Made by a program: the position numbers and the translations under genes
Part shown: positions 25,997-34,844 of the stretch, in pieces
Layout of the letters: every line of letters begins with the position of its first letter
Position numbering within the stretch: the stretch's first letter is position 1
Virus record (IMG/VR): IMGVR_UViG_3300015607_004925
Span: 1 to 64,000 of that record
Strand: one strand, 5' to 3'
Length of the DNA stretch: 64,000 nucleotides
Source: a virus
Lineage: Duplodnaviria; Caudoviricetes
The notes under the pieces: generated by a model
Told to the model about the DNA's origin: nothing
Databases searched by the model: none
Seen by the model: the letters and a program-made list of their open reading frames with translations, nothing else

Positions 25997-26215
25997 ATGG
26001 GTTTTCGCAACGACGGCGGCAACGAGCCGCACATCCTGGGTGACGGCAAGATTACCCGCGAGACCGACCGCGCCGTGCTCGCCAAGATCGGCGATCAGGA
26101 CATCTGGATCCCGAAGAGCTGTATCCACGACGACAGCGAGGCGTTCTCGATGGAGAGCGCCGAGGGCACGATCGTGGTGAAGCGCTGGTGGGCCGAGAAG
26201 AACGGCCATGCCTGA
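25997..26215 (+). CDS. small conserved phage protein
   Basis: RETDRAVL....WIPKS. Confidence 0.7.
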   Translation: MGFRNDGGNEPHILGDGKITRETDRAVLAKIGDQDIWIPKSCIHDDSEAFSMESAEGTIVVKRWWAEKNGHA

Positions 26216-26438
26216 TGTGCGCGTGGTCGAGCGCTACTTCGAGCGAGCGATCGACCTGGTCACCGAGCTGATGCGTGAGATCGCACGGCTCGCCTACGCG
26301 GCGGAGCAGCAGGTGATCATGACGACCACCGCCGACACGGACTTCGTTGAGCCGTGCATCGCGTGTGGCTGCCGCCTGCTGATGAAACACCATGACGAAT
26401 GCCCGGCGTGCCGGGCACCCACGAGGAACCATGCCTGA
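26208..26438 (+). CDS. zinc-ribbon protein
   Basis: CIACG...CPAC. Confidence 0.65.
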   Translation: MPDVRVVERYFERAIDLVTELMREIARLAYAAEQQVIMTTTADTDFVEPCIACGCRLLMKHHDECPACRAPTRNHA

Positions 26439-26700
26439 CACCGAGAGCAAGCTCGGCGAGCTGCAGTTGCAGATCTACGATCTCATTCGGTCTGCCGGAT
26501 GGGAGGGCAAGACGGTCGATGAGCTGGAGGTTGCGACCGGCAAGACGCATCAGAGCGTGTCCGCGCGCGTGAACGAGCTGGAGAACTACGAACCCAAGCC
26601 CCTGATCGAGCGCCGGGCGGCCAAGCGCAAGACGCGCACAGGGCGCGCTGCGTTCATTTTCGTGCAGGCCGGGCTCAAGCGGGCGAACAAGGAGGTCTAG
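26431..26700 (+). CDS. winged-helix DNA-binding protein
   Basis: G.TVDELE......HQSVSARVNEL...R.TRTGR.A. Confidence 0.8.
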   Translation: MPDTESKLGELQLQIYDLIRSAGWEGKTVDELEVATGKTHQSVSARVNELENYEPKPLIERRAAKRKTRTGRAAFIFVQAGLKRANKEV

Positions 26701-27572
26701 GTCGTCGCGAGCAGGACGGCAGCCGTCTTGGGGCCGACGACGCCGTCGACGCTGAGGCGGTGCTCTTCCTGGAACACGCGCACCGCCGCGTCGGTCTTGG
26801 GGCCGAACGAGCCGTCGGTGGCGATCTTCAGGCGGCGCTGCAGCTCGCGCACGTCTTCGCCAGCCATGCGGGGCATGGCCAGGCGGAGGACGCGGTCGCC
26901 GAGCTTGACGACCGGCTGATCACCGGGCCAGTGCGGGCCGCCGGTGATGCAGTCCTCGCCGTAGCCGTGCGCGACGATGTTGTCGGTCGGGCGCGCGGCC
27001 TTGTACTTGGCCCAGTCGACGCCCCAGCGCGCGATCGCCTGGCGAATGAAGCCGACGCCGTGGTTGTGTGCGGCCGCAAGGTAGGCGCGCATCGATCCTC
27101 CGGCCCAAGTCCCGTAGTCGGGATCGGGCACGCCGTCGGCGAGCTTCGCCGCTGCGCGGATCGCCTTCCGGTTGGCTTCGGCGAGCCGCACCATGCACTC
27201 GCTCGACTTCTCGAGGTCGAGCATGTCCTCGAGCTTGAACCCGAAGCGCTCGGCCTCCTCCTGGCCGATCTGATACGCACCGACCGACACGAAGCCAGGT
27301 GGACACGATGCGGTGGCGACCTCGGTGTCCCACTCGTTCACGCAGCCGGCCTCGTGAAAGCAAGTGCCGACGTAGTAGCGGGGGTCGATGTTTGCCAGGC
27401 CGGTCGCTTTCTGTGCGGCGAGCACGGCGTCGAGCACCTGCTGCCCGGTCACACGCTGAGCGGCCGAGCGGTTCCGCGTCGGAGGCCGCCCGTCGTCGAG
27501 GACGTACTCCTCGAGGCGGTGAGGCAGGAGTTTGTCCGGGTAGTGCTGCACGTGCCGAGGGAGAAGGCGCAC
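26697..27572 (-). CDS. endolysin (lysozyme/SLT-like domain plus peptidoglycan-binding domain)
   Basis: HEAG...GAYQI...AAHNHG; GEDVRELQ..L....DG.FGPKT..AV..FQ....L.VDG.VGP.T; start tentative. Confidence 0.8.
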   Translation of the reverse strand: MRLLPRHVQHYPDKLLPHRLEEYVLDDGRPPTRNRSAAQRVTGQQVLDAVLAAQKATGLANIDPRYYVGTCFHEAGCVNEWDTEVATASCPPGFVSVGAYQIGQEEAERFGFKLEDMLDLEKSSECMVRLAEANRKAIRAAAKLADGVPDPDYGTWAGGSMRAYLAAAHNHGVGFIRQAIARWGVDWAKYKAARPTDNIVAHGYGEDCITGGPHWPGDQPVVKLGDRVLRLAMPRMAGEDVRELQRRLKIATDGSFGPKTDAAVRVFQEEHRLSVDGVVGPKTAAVLLATT

Positions 27573-27666
27573 CTCGAAATGGTAGCGCGGACTACCCTGG
27601 GACCATTCATTTTTTTGGCCCGTAGACCGCCTATAATTCTGGCACACCCCCTCGGAGAGAACCGCG

Positions 27667-28548
27667 ATGCCCCTGCTGACGATCACCAACCTCCAGACCA
27701 GCCCGATCGCCATTCAGGACCCGGCGGGCTCTATTTCGCTCCTCGTTCCGGGCAGCGGTGCTCTCCGCAACCGCAAGGTGACGCTGAACGAGCTGGCCTC
27801 GATCGAATCGCAGCTCAACGCCGAGGCCGATGCGGGCGTGCTGACGTGGACGATCAAGGACGACCCGGCGTCCGAGGCGGACAACGCGTCGGGCGTCCGC
27901 GCCAACGTGACGCTGGAGCAGGACTTCCTGCTCGCCGCGGGCGCCACGCTGCCGCTGCCTCTGGCGAAGGCGGTCCAGGGGTCAGCGACCGGCGACTTCC
28001 TCGCCAACACGGCGGGCGGCGTCTACTCGCTCGCCACCGCCGCGGTCTCGGAGGCCGAGGCCGCGCAGCTGACGTGTGGCGACCAGCTGGTCTTCGACCC
28101 GACGAAGGGCCTCGTGTTCGAGGCACGCGTGCGCGTCAACATCCCGGGCGCCACGATCACGGCGGACGAGCGCTGGGTGGTCGGTCTCGTCAGCGCGCAT
28201 GCGACGGCGCAGACCGCGCTCGATGGCACCACGATCAACGCGTGGTTCCGCGGCGAGGGTGCGAACCTCAACATCTACGTCGAGGGCGACGACAACGTCA
28301 CCAACACCGACGACGTCGACAGCGGTGTCGACTACGTGGACAACACGTGGATGCTCCTCAAGATCGACATGTCGGACATCACCGCGGTCACGTTCTCGAT
28401 CAACGGGAACCCGATCGCGACGACGGTCAGCATGGCCGCGCTGACCTCCGCGAACCTCGTGCAGCCGATCCTCTGCTACCAGCGCGACGCCGGCTCCGAG
28501 ATCAACCTGCTCGAGTGCGACTGGCTTCGTGTCAGCGGCGGTCGCTAG
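27667..28548 (+). CDS. putative virion structural protein (beta-sandwich/lectin-like)
   Basis: CTATAAT promoter, GGAG SD, beta-rich composition. Confidence 0.55.
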   Translation: MPLLTITNLQTSPIAIQDPAGSISLLVPGSGALRNRKVTLNELASIESQLNAEADAGVLTWTIKDDPASEADNASGVRANVTLEQDFLLAAGATLPLPLAKAVQGSATGDFLANTAGGVYSLATAAVSEAEAAQLTCGDQLVFDPTKGLVFEARVRVNIPGATITADERWVVGLVSAHATAQTALDGTTINAWFRGEGANLNIYVEGDDNVTNTDDVDSGVDYVDNTWMLLKIDMSDITAVTFSINGNPIATTVSMAALTSANLVQPILCYQRDAGSEINLLECDWLRVSGGR

Positions 28549-28561
28549 CCCCGAGCTGTAG

Positions 28562-28882
28562 GTGGCTGACCAGCACGCAGACACTGGTCGGCCCATGCCG
28601 GCCGAGTTGGTGGCAAGCGCCAAGCTTCGCTACCACAAGCTGCCGACGGCGTCGCGCCAGATCTCGCTGCGCAACACCGGCGTCAACACGCTCTGGTTGT
28701 CCTTCGACAAGCAGCGCTGGTTCGACGTCGCGTGCGGTACGAGCTGGGACGACCGTGTGAACGTGCCCGGTTTCTGGTACCGCACCCAGGTCGGCAAGAC
28801 GTCGTTCGTGGTCAACGGTCTCGCACTCAACAAGCTCGACGGTTCGCACCCAATCCCCGACCCCGACGAGTTGGAGGCGTAG
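28562..28882 (+). CDS. hypothetical protein
   Basis: ORF fit. Confidence 0.65.
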   Translation: MADQHADTGRPMPAELVASAKLRYHKLPTASRQISLRNTGVNTLWLSFDKQRWFDVACGTSWDDRVNVPGFWYRTQVGKTSFVVNGLALNKLDGSHPIPDPDELEA

Positions 28883-29344
28883 GTGCCGTTCACGCACTAC
28901 CCCAAGCTCGCGCACAACATCATCTTCGCATGGGTGCAGCCGGCGCCCCCGAAGAAGGACGGCTTCCTCGGGCAGGTCGCGTTCCACACGCTGAACCTGT
29001 TCGATCAGCCGATCGAGCCGTACAAGAGCGTGGTCGCGTACCAAGACGCACAGAACTTCACCCGGTTCTACGGGTCGATCGCGAGCGATCAGCCGCTCGA
29101 GGTCACGTTCACGTTCTCGAACGAGGAAGTCGACGTCACGGGCGAACCTGTCTCCGACGAGACGATCGGTTCGCTCGCCTACGACGCCGAGGCGCTCAAG
29201 CAGTTGTACGACCCGACGAAGCAGGGCCCGTCCGGGAAGTACTTCGTGACGATCTTCGGACGGTGGCTCCGGGTCGAGGTCAAGAACGTCGGCAAGGCGT
29301 CGACCGAGAGGCTGCGCGTGTTCGTACGTGGATCCGTGTTCTAG
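28883..29344 (+). CDS. hypothetical protein
   Basis: GGAGG SD. Confidence 0.7.
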   Translation: MPFTHYPKLAHNIIFAWVQPAPPKKDGFLGQVAFHTLNLFDQPIEPYKSVVAYQDAQNFTRFYGSIASDQPLEVTFTFSNEEVDVTGEPVSDETIGSLAYDAEALKQLYDPTKQGPSGKYFVTIFGRWLRVEVKNVGKASTERLRVFVRGSVF

Positions 29345-29364
29345 TTTATGTGATAAACCTGAGC

Positions 29365-29589
29365 ATGGTGAAGCACCCGATCCGCACTCCCGTCGGGGGC
29401 AGCGTGTGGACGCACTCCGTCGGCGTCGGCCAGAAGGTCGTGGCAGGCACGACCTTGCTCATCTGTGAGGTCATGAAGACCGAGTTCCCGATCGAGAGCC
29501 CGGTCGACGGTGAGGTTACCTGGCTGAAGCCGTGTGGTGAGACCCTCGATGCCGAAGACCTCGTCGCCATCGTCGAGAGCGCGCCGTGA
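29365..29589 (+). CDS. stand-alone biotinyl/lipoyl carrier domain
   Basis: V.VGQKV..G..L.ICEVMKTEFPIESPVDGEV. Confidence 0.9.
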   Translation: MVKHPIRTPVGGSVWTHSVGVGQKVVAGTTLLICEVMKTEFPIESPVDGEVTWLKPCGETLDAEDLVAIVESAP

Positions 29590-29756
29590 AGTCCGGTACC
29601 CGGCGAATGCTCGTGATCTGGGCGCTCGGTGCCGTAGCCGCGGGCGGCAGTTTTTGGCTCGGCTGGCTCGACCCGCTTACTGCGGCACTGGTTGGCGCCG
29701 TCTCGACGACCGTAGGTGTCGAGGTGCGCGCTATCACTGAACGCACCGAGTCCTGA
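29586..29756 (+). CDS. small membrane protein (56 aa)
   Basis: GTGA overlap; two hydrophobic segments; below the ORF-track length cutoff. Confidence 0.5.
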   Translation: MKSGTRRMLVIWALGAVAAGGSFWLGWLDPLTAALVGAVSTTVGVEVRAITERTES

Positions 29757-29757
29757 G

Positions 29758-31770
29758 CTACAGCGTTTCTTTGAGCAGTGCGCCGGCGTGCGGTGCCGCT
29801 GATGGGACCACGCGCTTGAGTGCGGCCGGGATGCCGTGTACCAGCCCTTCAGTGACGGCTGTCCCGGCGAGCCCGACGCCAGGGGCCAGCGTGTCGACCG
29901 CATGTCCGATGAGCTTCCGCGCGCCGAACCCTTGCGGGTTGGCGGAGGGTGCCGCCGCGTCGAGGCCCTTGGCAACCCAGCCGCCCACGCGTCCCGGAAT
30001 CTTGGACGCCATGAAGTTGATGGCGCCGGTCGTGGCGGCGCCGACGCCGGGCACGGGCAGCGTCGGGTTCAGGGGTGCGTGCGGGTTCGCGTTGGCCATC
30101 GCCTGACCCAGATGCATGTTGAGGCTGTTGGTCTGGTTGCGGATGCCCGTGCCGATACGACGCAGCGCGTCCATGACGCCCGCGTCCTTCTCTTCGAACG
30201 CGACCTTGGGGACCGCGCCCGCGAGGCGCTTGGCGGCCATGATGCCCAGTGGGATGCTGGCGCCGAGCGCGAGCGTCTCGCCGGTCGAGAATGGGTTCTT
30301 GGCGTACGGTGTCCAACCTGCGCCGGTGGTGCGCTGGCCCGCATGCAATGACAGGAGCTTCTCGTGCCGCGAGAGGTCGTGTGCATCGATGCCGCGCTGC
30401 GCGAGTTGGTCGTCGAGCGCGTTGCCCCAGCCCTCGCGCGGGCGCAGTTTCATCTGCACGCCGTTGCCGAGGTCGATCACCTCGCCGCCGAGCGTGTCGA
30501 AGCCGAGGTCGGCGACACCGAGGGACTTGTTGAGGTCCATGGTGTCGCCGATGTACGCGCCGTGCCCGCGTTGCTGGAGCTGCTGCTTCAGGACCTCGGG
30601 GTCGCGGCGGATGTGGACCATCGCGTCGAACAGCTCGGGGTCGTAGGTGCGCCCGAGCATGTAGTGCTCCAGCACCTCGCCCGCGTGCGGTGCCCGCGGC
30701 ATCTTCTCGATGTTCCGCCCGAGCCCCACCGTCGAGTGGAGCGCGTTGCCGGGCAGCCAGTCGAGGCCGTAGTGCTTGACGCCGGCCTTCTGCTGGATCG
30801 CCTTGGCGAGCGTCGTCTTGCCCGAGCCCGGCGGCGCGTCGATCCCCATGCGGACGGAGGCGGGGTCCACGCCATGCGCGAGCAGTGCTTGGTGAATCGC
30901 GTCAGCTTGGTCGAGCGCTTCCTGCGGGATCACCCCGGCCTTGTCCCGCTCCTCGGTCGAGCCACCCTCCTGCATCGCGCGGATGCTGGCCTGGACGCCT
31001 GGCTTGCGCGCGAGCATGGCACCGCCGAGCGCGAGTGGGATGCCGGCGCCGGCGAGCGCGGGGAGGCCCGGGATCTTCGGCAGCGCCGAGCCCACCTTGC
31101 CCATCTGGAACCGCGCGCGCGGGAACTGGCGCGGCGCAGCAGATGGTGTTGGCGTTGCAGGTGTTGCGGCGTCGCGTGTCATCGCACGTGCACGCGAACT
31201 GCCTGGATTGGTAAGGGCGTGTGTCACTGCCGCCGGCGGTGTGTTTACCGGCAGTACAGACGTCGGTCCCGCCGGAACCTGGACAGGCAGAACCGCCGTA
31301 GGCCCTGCGGGGGCTCGTACTTGCGGTTCGTCAGCACGGTAGAGGGCACGCCGGAACTCGGCGGGGTCCCCAAAGGTCCGGTTGATCTGCTCATGCGTCG
31401 ACGGCTGGCCTGCCGGGGTCTGTGACGAGAGGCCGCGGCGGTCGAGCAGGCGGTTGAACCGATCCTCGGCCTTGGCGGACATCGCGTCAGAGGTATGCTC
31501 GTCGCTTGCCCACGGCATGCGCCGCGCCAGGTCCTGCATCTGTGCGCGTTGCGGTGTCATCGGCAGTTCGCCGCCGGTTGCGTGCTCCCGGAACATGTCA
31601 CCGAGCCCGTGCTGTAGGCGCGCCTGGGGCTGCGCGCGTATCGCCGTGAGCTTGTCGGACATGGCCGGCGAGAGCGCGCGGCCGCCGCGCGTCGCGGCGT
31701 TCTCGAGAGCACGCGCGTACGTGGCCCCGAGGATGGCGAGCTTGTGGCGGAGCGCAGGGCTCATCGGCAT
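29758..31770 (-). CDS. K-x-A-segmented protein with P-loop kinase domain
   Basis: GIDAPPGSGKTTLAK between KVG and KVA/KDA; Gly-rich hydrophobic segments. Confidence 0.75.
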   Translation of the reverse strand: MPMSPALRHKLAILGATYARALENAATRGGRALSPAMSDKLTAIRAQPQARLQHGLGDMFREHATGGELPMTPQRAQMQDLARRMPWASDEHTSDAMSAKAEDRFNRLLDRRGLSSQTPAGQPSTHEQINRTFGDPAEFRRALYRADEPQVRAPAGPTAVLPVQVPAGPTSVLPVNTPPAAVTHALTNPGSSRARAMTRDAATPATPTPSAAPRQFPRARFQMGKVGSALPKIPGLPALAGAGIPLALGGAMLARKPGVQASIRAMQEGGSTEERDKAGVIPQEALDQADAIHQALLAHGVDPASVRMGIDAPPGSGKTTLAKAIQQKAGVKHYGLDWLPGNALHSTVGLGRNIEKMPRAPHAGEVLEHYMLGRTYDPELFDAMVHIRRDPEVLKQQLQQRGHGAYIGDTMDLNKSLGVADLGFDTLGGEVIDLGNGVQMKLRPREGWGNALDDQLAQRGIDAHDLSRHEKLLSLHAGQRTTGAGWTPYAKNPFSTGETLALGASIPLGIMAAKRLAGAVPKVAFEEKDAGVMDALRRIGTGIRNQTNSLNMHLGQAMANANPHAPLNPTLPVPGVGAATTGAINFMASKIPGRVGGWVAKGLDAAAPSANPQGFGARKLIGHAVDTLAPGVGLAGTAVTEGLVHGIPAALKRVVPSAAPHAGALLKETL

Positions 31771-31774
31771 GGTG

Positions 31775-32074
31775 TTACCCGTGGAGCGCCGCGAGCGACG
31801 GCGGCGGCGTGGCCGGGTCGCCCGCGAGGGGCGGCTGACCGACGGTGGAACCGAGGGTGTCTGTCGGCGTCGGCGGTGACGTCGACAGCGGCGTTGTCCC
31901 GTCGAGGGCGGTCGGCACGGCGGCCGAGCCCTGCGCCATCGGCGGCGGTGCCGGCGGCACGTCCTTGCCGCTCTCGACGTCGGCCACGAACTGATCGACC
32001 TGTGTCGGCGGACCGAGTGCCAGCTTCTCGAGCGCCTTGGCGCAGCCCAGCTTGTACGCGGTGGCGAGCCTCAT
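31775..32074 (-). CDS. small putative internal head protein
   Basis: TAYKLGCAKALEKLA then Pro-rich tail. Confidence 0.65.
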   Translation of the reverse strand: MRLATAYKLGCAKALEKLALGPPTQVDQFVADVESGKDVPPAPPPMAQGSAAVPTALDGTTPLSTSPPTPTDTLGSTVGQPPLAGDPATPPPSLAALHG

Positions 32075-32622
32075 CACATCATCGCTCCTTGCAACGGCGC
32101 GTACACGAGGCGCTGGTTCTCGCGATCGTGCTGATTCTGCTGGTGCAGGCCGTACGCGAGCGCGCCAGCCGCGCCGAGCGCGCCGAGCGCGAGCGGGCGC
32201 TTCGCCGCACCCCATGCGCGCCCCGGCAACTCCTGCAGCTGTCCGGGCAGCGCGCGCGCCGCGGCCACGAGCGGGTGCGATGGCTTGGGCAGCGACACGA
32301 TCTGCGCGCCTTCGGGGGTCATCGGCGGCGGCGCCGGCGCATGCACGGGCGTGCGGACCCTGCTGTTCGGCGCCACGATGCGCGCGGTGGGCAGCGCCGC
32401 GACGGTCGCGGCGGCGGCCTTGACCACCTTCTCGAGTCCGGTGGCGAACTTCCGACCCTCGCCGAGGGCCGACTCGAGCGCGCGGCTCGTCTCGGAACGC
32501 ATCTTGTCGCCGAGCCCGGGCGTCGCGCGCGCGCTCGGGCGCGGCGCAGGCGCCTTCGGCGGGGGCTTGCTGGCGAAGCCTGGCCCAAGCGACGACATGA
32601 CCGCCGCGACCTTCGGGTCCAC
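32074..32622 (-). CDS. Gly-zipper putative virion protein
   Basis: PKVA; LALGALGAAGALAYG. Confidence 0.6.
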   Translation of the reverse strand: MDPKVAAVMSSLGPGFASKPPPKAPAPRPSARATPGLGDKMRSETSRALESALGEGRKFATGLEKVVKAAAATVAALPTARIVAPNSRVRTPVHAPAPPPMTPEGAQIVSLPKPSHPLVAAARALPGQLQELPGRAWGAAKRPLALGALGAAGALAYGLHQQNQHDRENQRLVYAPLQGAMM

Positions 32623-32624
32623 GG

Positions 32625-32990
32625 CTAGCCCACCGCGATGAAGAGGATCGACGCGGAGCCCGTGGTCGTGAGCAGCACCGCCGTCGGGAACGGCGTCGAC
32701 GGGTTGACCCACAGGAAGTAGCCGCCGACGGCGATCGGCCACGCATCCGCGCCGCCGTTGAACTTCACGGTGCACGAGCCTGAGAGCGCCTTGATCAGCA
32801 CGCCCTTCGCGCCTGGGCTCGCGAGAGTCCCGAGGTTGACCGCCTCGTCGGTGACCGCGCCCGCGTACGACCGGACGAAGTCGGCGCGGCCGGTATACGC
32901 CAGGCTGACCGTCAGGTCGACGGGCGCGGCGTTCGTTCCGTCCTCGAGAGGCAGCGAGGCTGCCCCAGCGACCTTGAAGTTCTGCGCCAT
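32625..32990 (-). CDS. putative structural protein
   Basis: CTATAAT 8 nt upstream; beta-rich. Confidence 0.6.
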   Translation of the reverse strand: MAQNFKVAGAASLPLEDGTNAAPVDLTVSLAYTGRADFVRSYAGAVTDEAVNLGTLASPGAKGVLIKALSGSCTVKFNGGADAWPIAVGGYFLWVNPSTPFPTAVLLTTTGSASILFIAVG

Positions 32991-33021
32991 ACCCTGGAAT
33001 TATAGGGGACGGTGCGAGATC

Positions 33022-33690
33022 TTACGTCGTGCGACGGTGGCCGCGGCTCAGGCCCATCACACCGAGCTTCGCGCGACCCGCGCGCATCATGCCGACTTGG
33101 ACCCATCCCTTGGCCGGGTCGTACTTCTGCGCGTAGCCGCCGGCACGGACTTCCCACGGGCCCTTGCACAGACCGAGGTGGTCGTAGCGTGTGTGCCCGT
33201 CTGGCTTGGGCGGCGGTTCCTGCCACGCGGGGTACTGGAAGTTCGACACGAGCACGTCGTCGATCGTGTACGTGTCCTGCTCGACGGGATCGCAGACCTC
33301 AGTCGCCCACCAGGTGCCCTGGTCATCTTGCGCCCCTCGCCGCAGCCATGGATCCGCAAGGGCCTCGAGGATCTCGTGAGACGCGGTCACGGTCCACGCC
33401 ACACCGTCTTGCGCATCCAGCTCCGGGAAGGTGAAGAGACACGGCAGGCCGGCGTCGGTCGTGTCGTGGAAGCCGAGGGCACCCTCGATCGTCGGTACCT
33501 TGCGCAGCTCGAGCCGCCATTCGTCATCGCGCGCGGGGTCCTGTGGTGTTGCCGCGCGGACCGTCGCGTCGACACCCCACACCGGGTAGAAGTGCTCGAG
33601 CACCTGGCGCTGCAACGCCGCGGCCGCCCGCACGATGTCCGCGTGCGTGACGTGCGTGTCGACGTTCACGATGACGACGCTGTTGCTCAC
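33022..33690 (-). CDS. zincin-like metalloprotease
   Basis: ALGFH...SHEILEALADP...EVCDPV. Confidence 0.75.
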   Translation of the reverse strand: MSNSVVIVNVDTHVTHADIVRAAAALQRQVLEHFYPVWGVDATVRAATPQDPARDDEWRLELRKVPTIEGALGFHDTTDAGLPCLFTFPELDAQDGVAWTVTASHEILEALADPWLRRGAQDDQGTWWATEVCDPVEQDTYTIDDVLVSNFQYPAWQEPPPKPDGHTRYDHLGLCKGPWEVRAGGYAQKYDPAKGWVQVGMMRAGRAKLGVMGLSRGHRRTT

Positions 33691-34079
33691 GGCGTGGCCT
33701 TGAGGTGGTGGCTCGTCATGAACGTGCGGGCGCGTTTCGCCGAGGCGGATTCCGGGGGCGCCATCGAGCCTGCGGGGTGCGCGGTCAGCTTGGTGTAGAC
33801 GGCTTGCAGCGCGCACGTCAGCGCGTCGTAGCCGTACTTCACGCCGATGTTTTCGAGCGCGGTCTCCCAGCCCGAGGAACCGGCCTGGACGATCGTCGAG
33901 ACGTCCTGGAAGACCGTCATGCCGATCTCGGGAACGGTCTTGCCGATGTCGACGGTCGCGCACGACACGACGAGGTCGCCGACGCTGCTACCGGACCCGG
34001 ATCCCGAGTTGCCGAAGGTGCCCCCGCAGCTCGGCGCGGTGGCGAAGAGGAGGACGATGAGCGCGAGGATGATCTTCAT
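33687..34079 (-). CDS. putative lipoprotein
   Basis: signal MKIILALIVLLFATAPSC. Confidence 0.7.
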   Translation of the reverse strand: MKIILALIVLLFATAPSCGGTFGNSGSGSGSSVGDLVVSCATVDIGKTVPEIGMTVFQDVSTIVQAGSSGWETALENIGVKYGYDALTCALQAVYTKLTAHPAGSMAPPESASAKRARTFMTSHHLKATP

Positions 34080-34091
34080 GACGAGGGCTCC

Positions 34092-34538
34092 TTACACCGC
34101 CGAAGAGGCAGGTGTGTTGCTGGGGGAGGTCGCGATGCCGTCGGTCTTGAGCGTGTGGACTGCTTGCTCGATGAACGTGATGAGCATCTTGATCGCCGCG
34201 TCCTGGTCTTGCAGCCCGAACACGACCTCTAGCTCCTTGAGCCCCTTGTCGCCGAGATGCGACTTCAAGGAGGCCAAGGCGGCGTCACGCGCGGCGAGCA
34301 GCGCGGCTTCGTTCGCCTTGTCTCCGAGCTTGGAGACGACCGTCTGCTCGGTCTCCTGGACGACGGCCATCGCGAGCTGGCTGAGCCGGAAGAGGATGCC
34401 CGCGGCGCGATCGTTCGTCGTCTTGGACTTCAGCCACGCGGGGAAGTGTGCGCTCGCCCAGGCGAGGAAGAGGCCGATGACGGGCACGACGACGCCCTTG
34501 AGGAACAGCATGCCGATGGTCTCGATCGTGTCCTGCAT
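34092..34538 (-). CDS. holin-like membrane protein
   Basis: N-terminal TM, AVV.ETEQ..V..L, IEQAV (LL-H-like layout). Confidence 0.6.
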   Translation of the reverse strand: MQDTIETIGMLFLKGVVVPVIGLFLAWASAHFPAWLKSKTTNDRAAGILFRLSQLAMAVVQETEQTVVSKLGDKANEAALLAARDAALASLKSHLGDKGLKELEVVFGLQDQDAAIKMLITFIEQAVHTLKTDGIATSPSNTPASSAV

Positions 34539-34807
34539 CAGAATTCCGCCTTTCGTGGGACCGCGACGGATCCCTTCTCCGCCGGGCGATCACCGTGCGT
34601 ATGCACGTAGCCGGCTTTGTTCTTGAGTGACGAGCGGTGCATCGGGACGATGGTCCCGAAGATCGCGCCGCCGAGCCGCTCGTTGTCGGCGCTGACCTGT
34701 CCCCCACACGCAGGACATGTGGGCAGCGCCGCCTCTTCCTCTGACGTCATGTACAGGTGCTCGAAACGGTGACCGCACGAACACACGTACTCCTTCAGCT
34801 TGGGCAC
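34538..34807 (-). CDS. FmdB-type zinc-ribbon protein
   Basis: P.L.EYVCSCGHRFE...CPACG. Confidence 0.8.
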   Translation of the reverse strand: MPKLKEYVCSCGHRFEHLYMTSEEEAALPTCPACGGQVSADNERLGGAIFGTIVPMHRSSLKNKAGYVHTHGDRPAEKGSVAVPRKAEF

Positions 34808-34844
34808 GCCCAATTATAGGCCCTTCCACACGCTTACGCGATAA

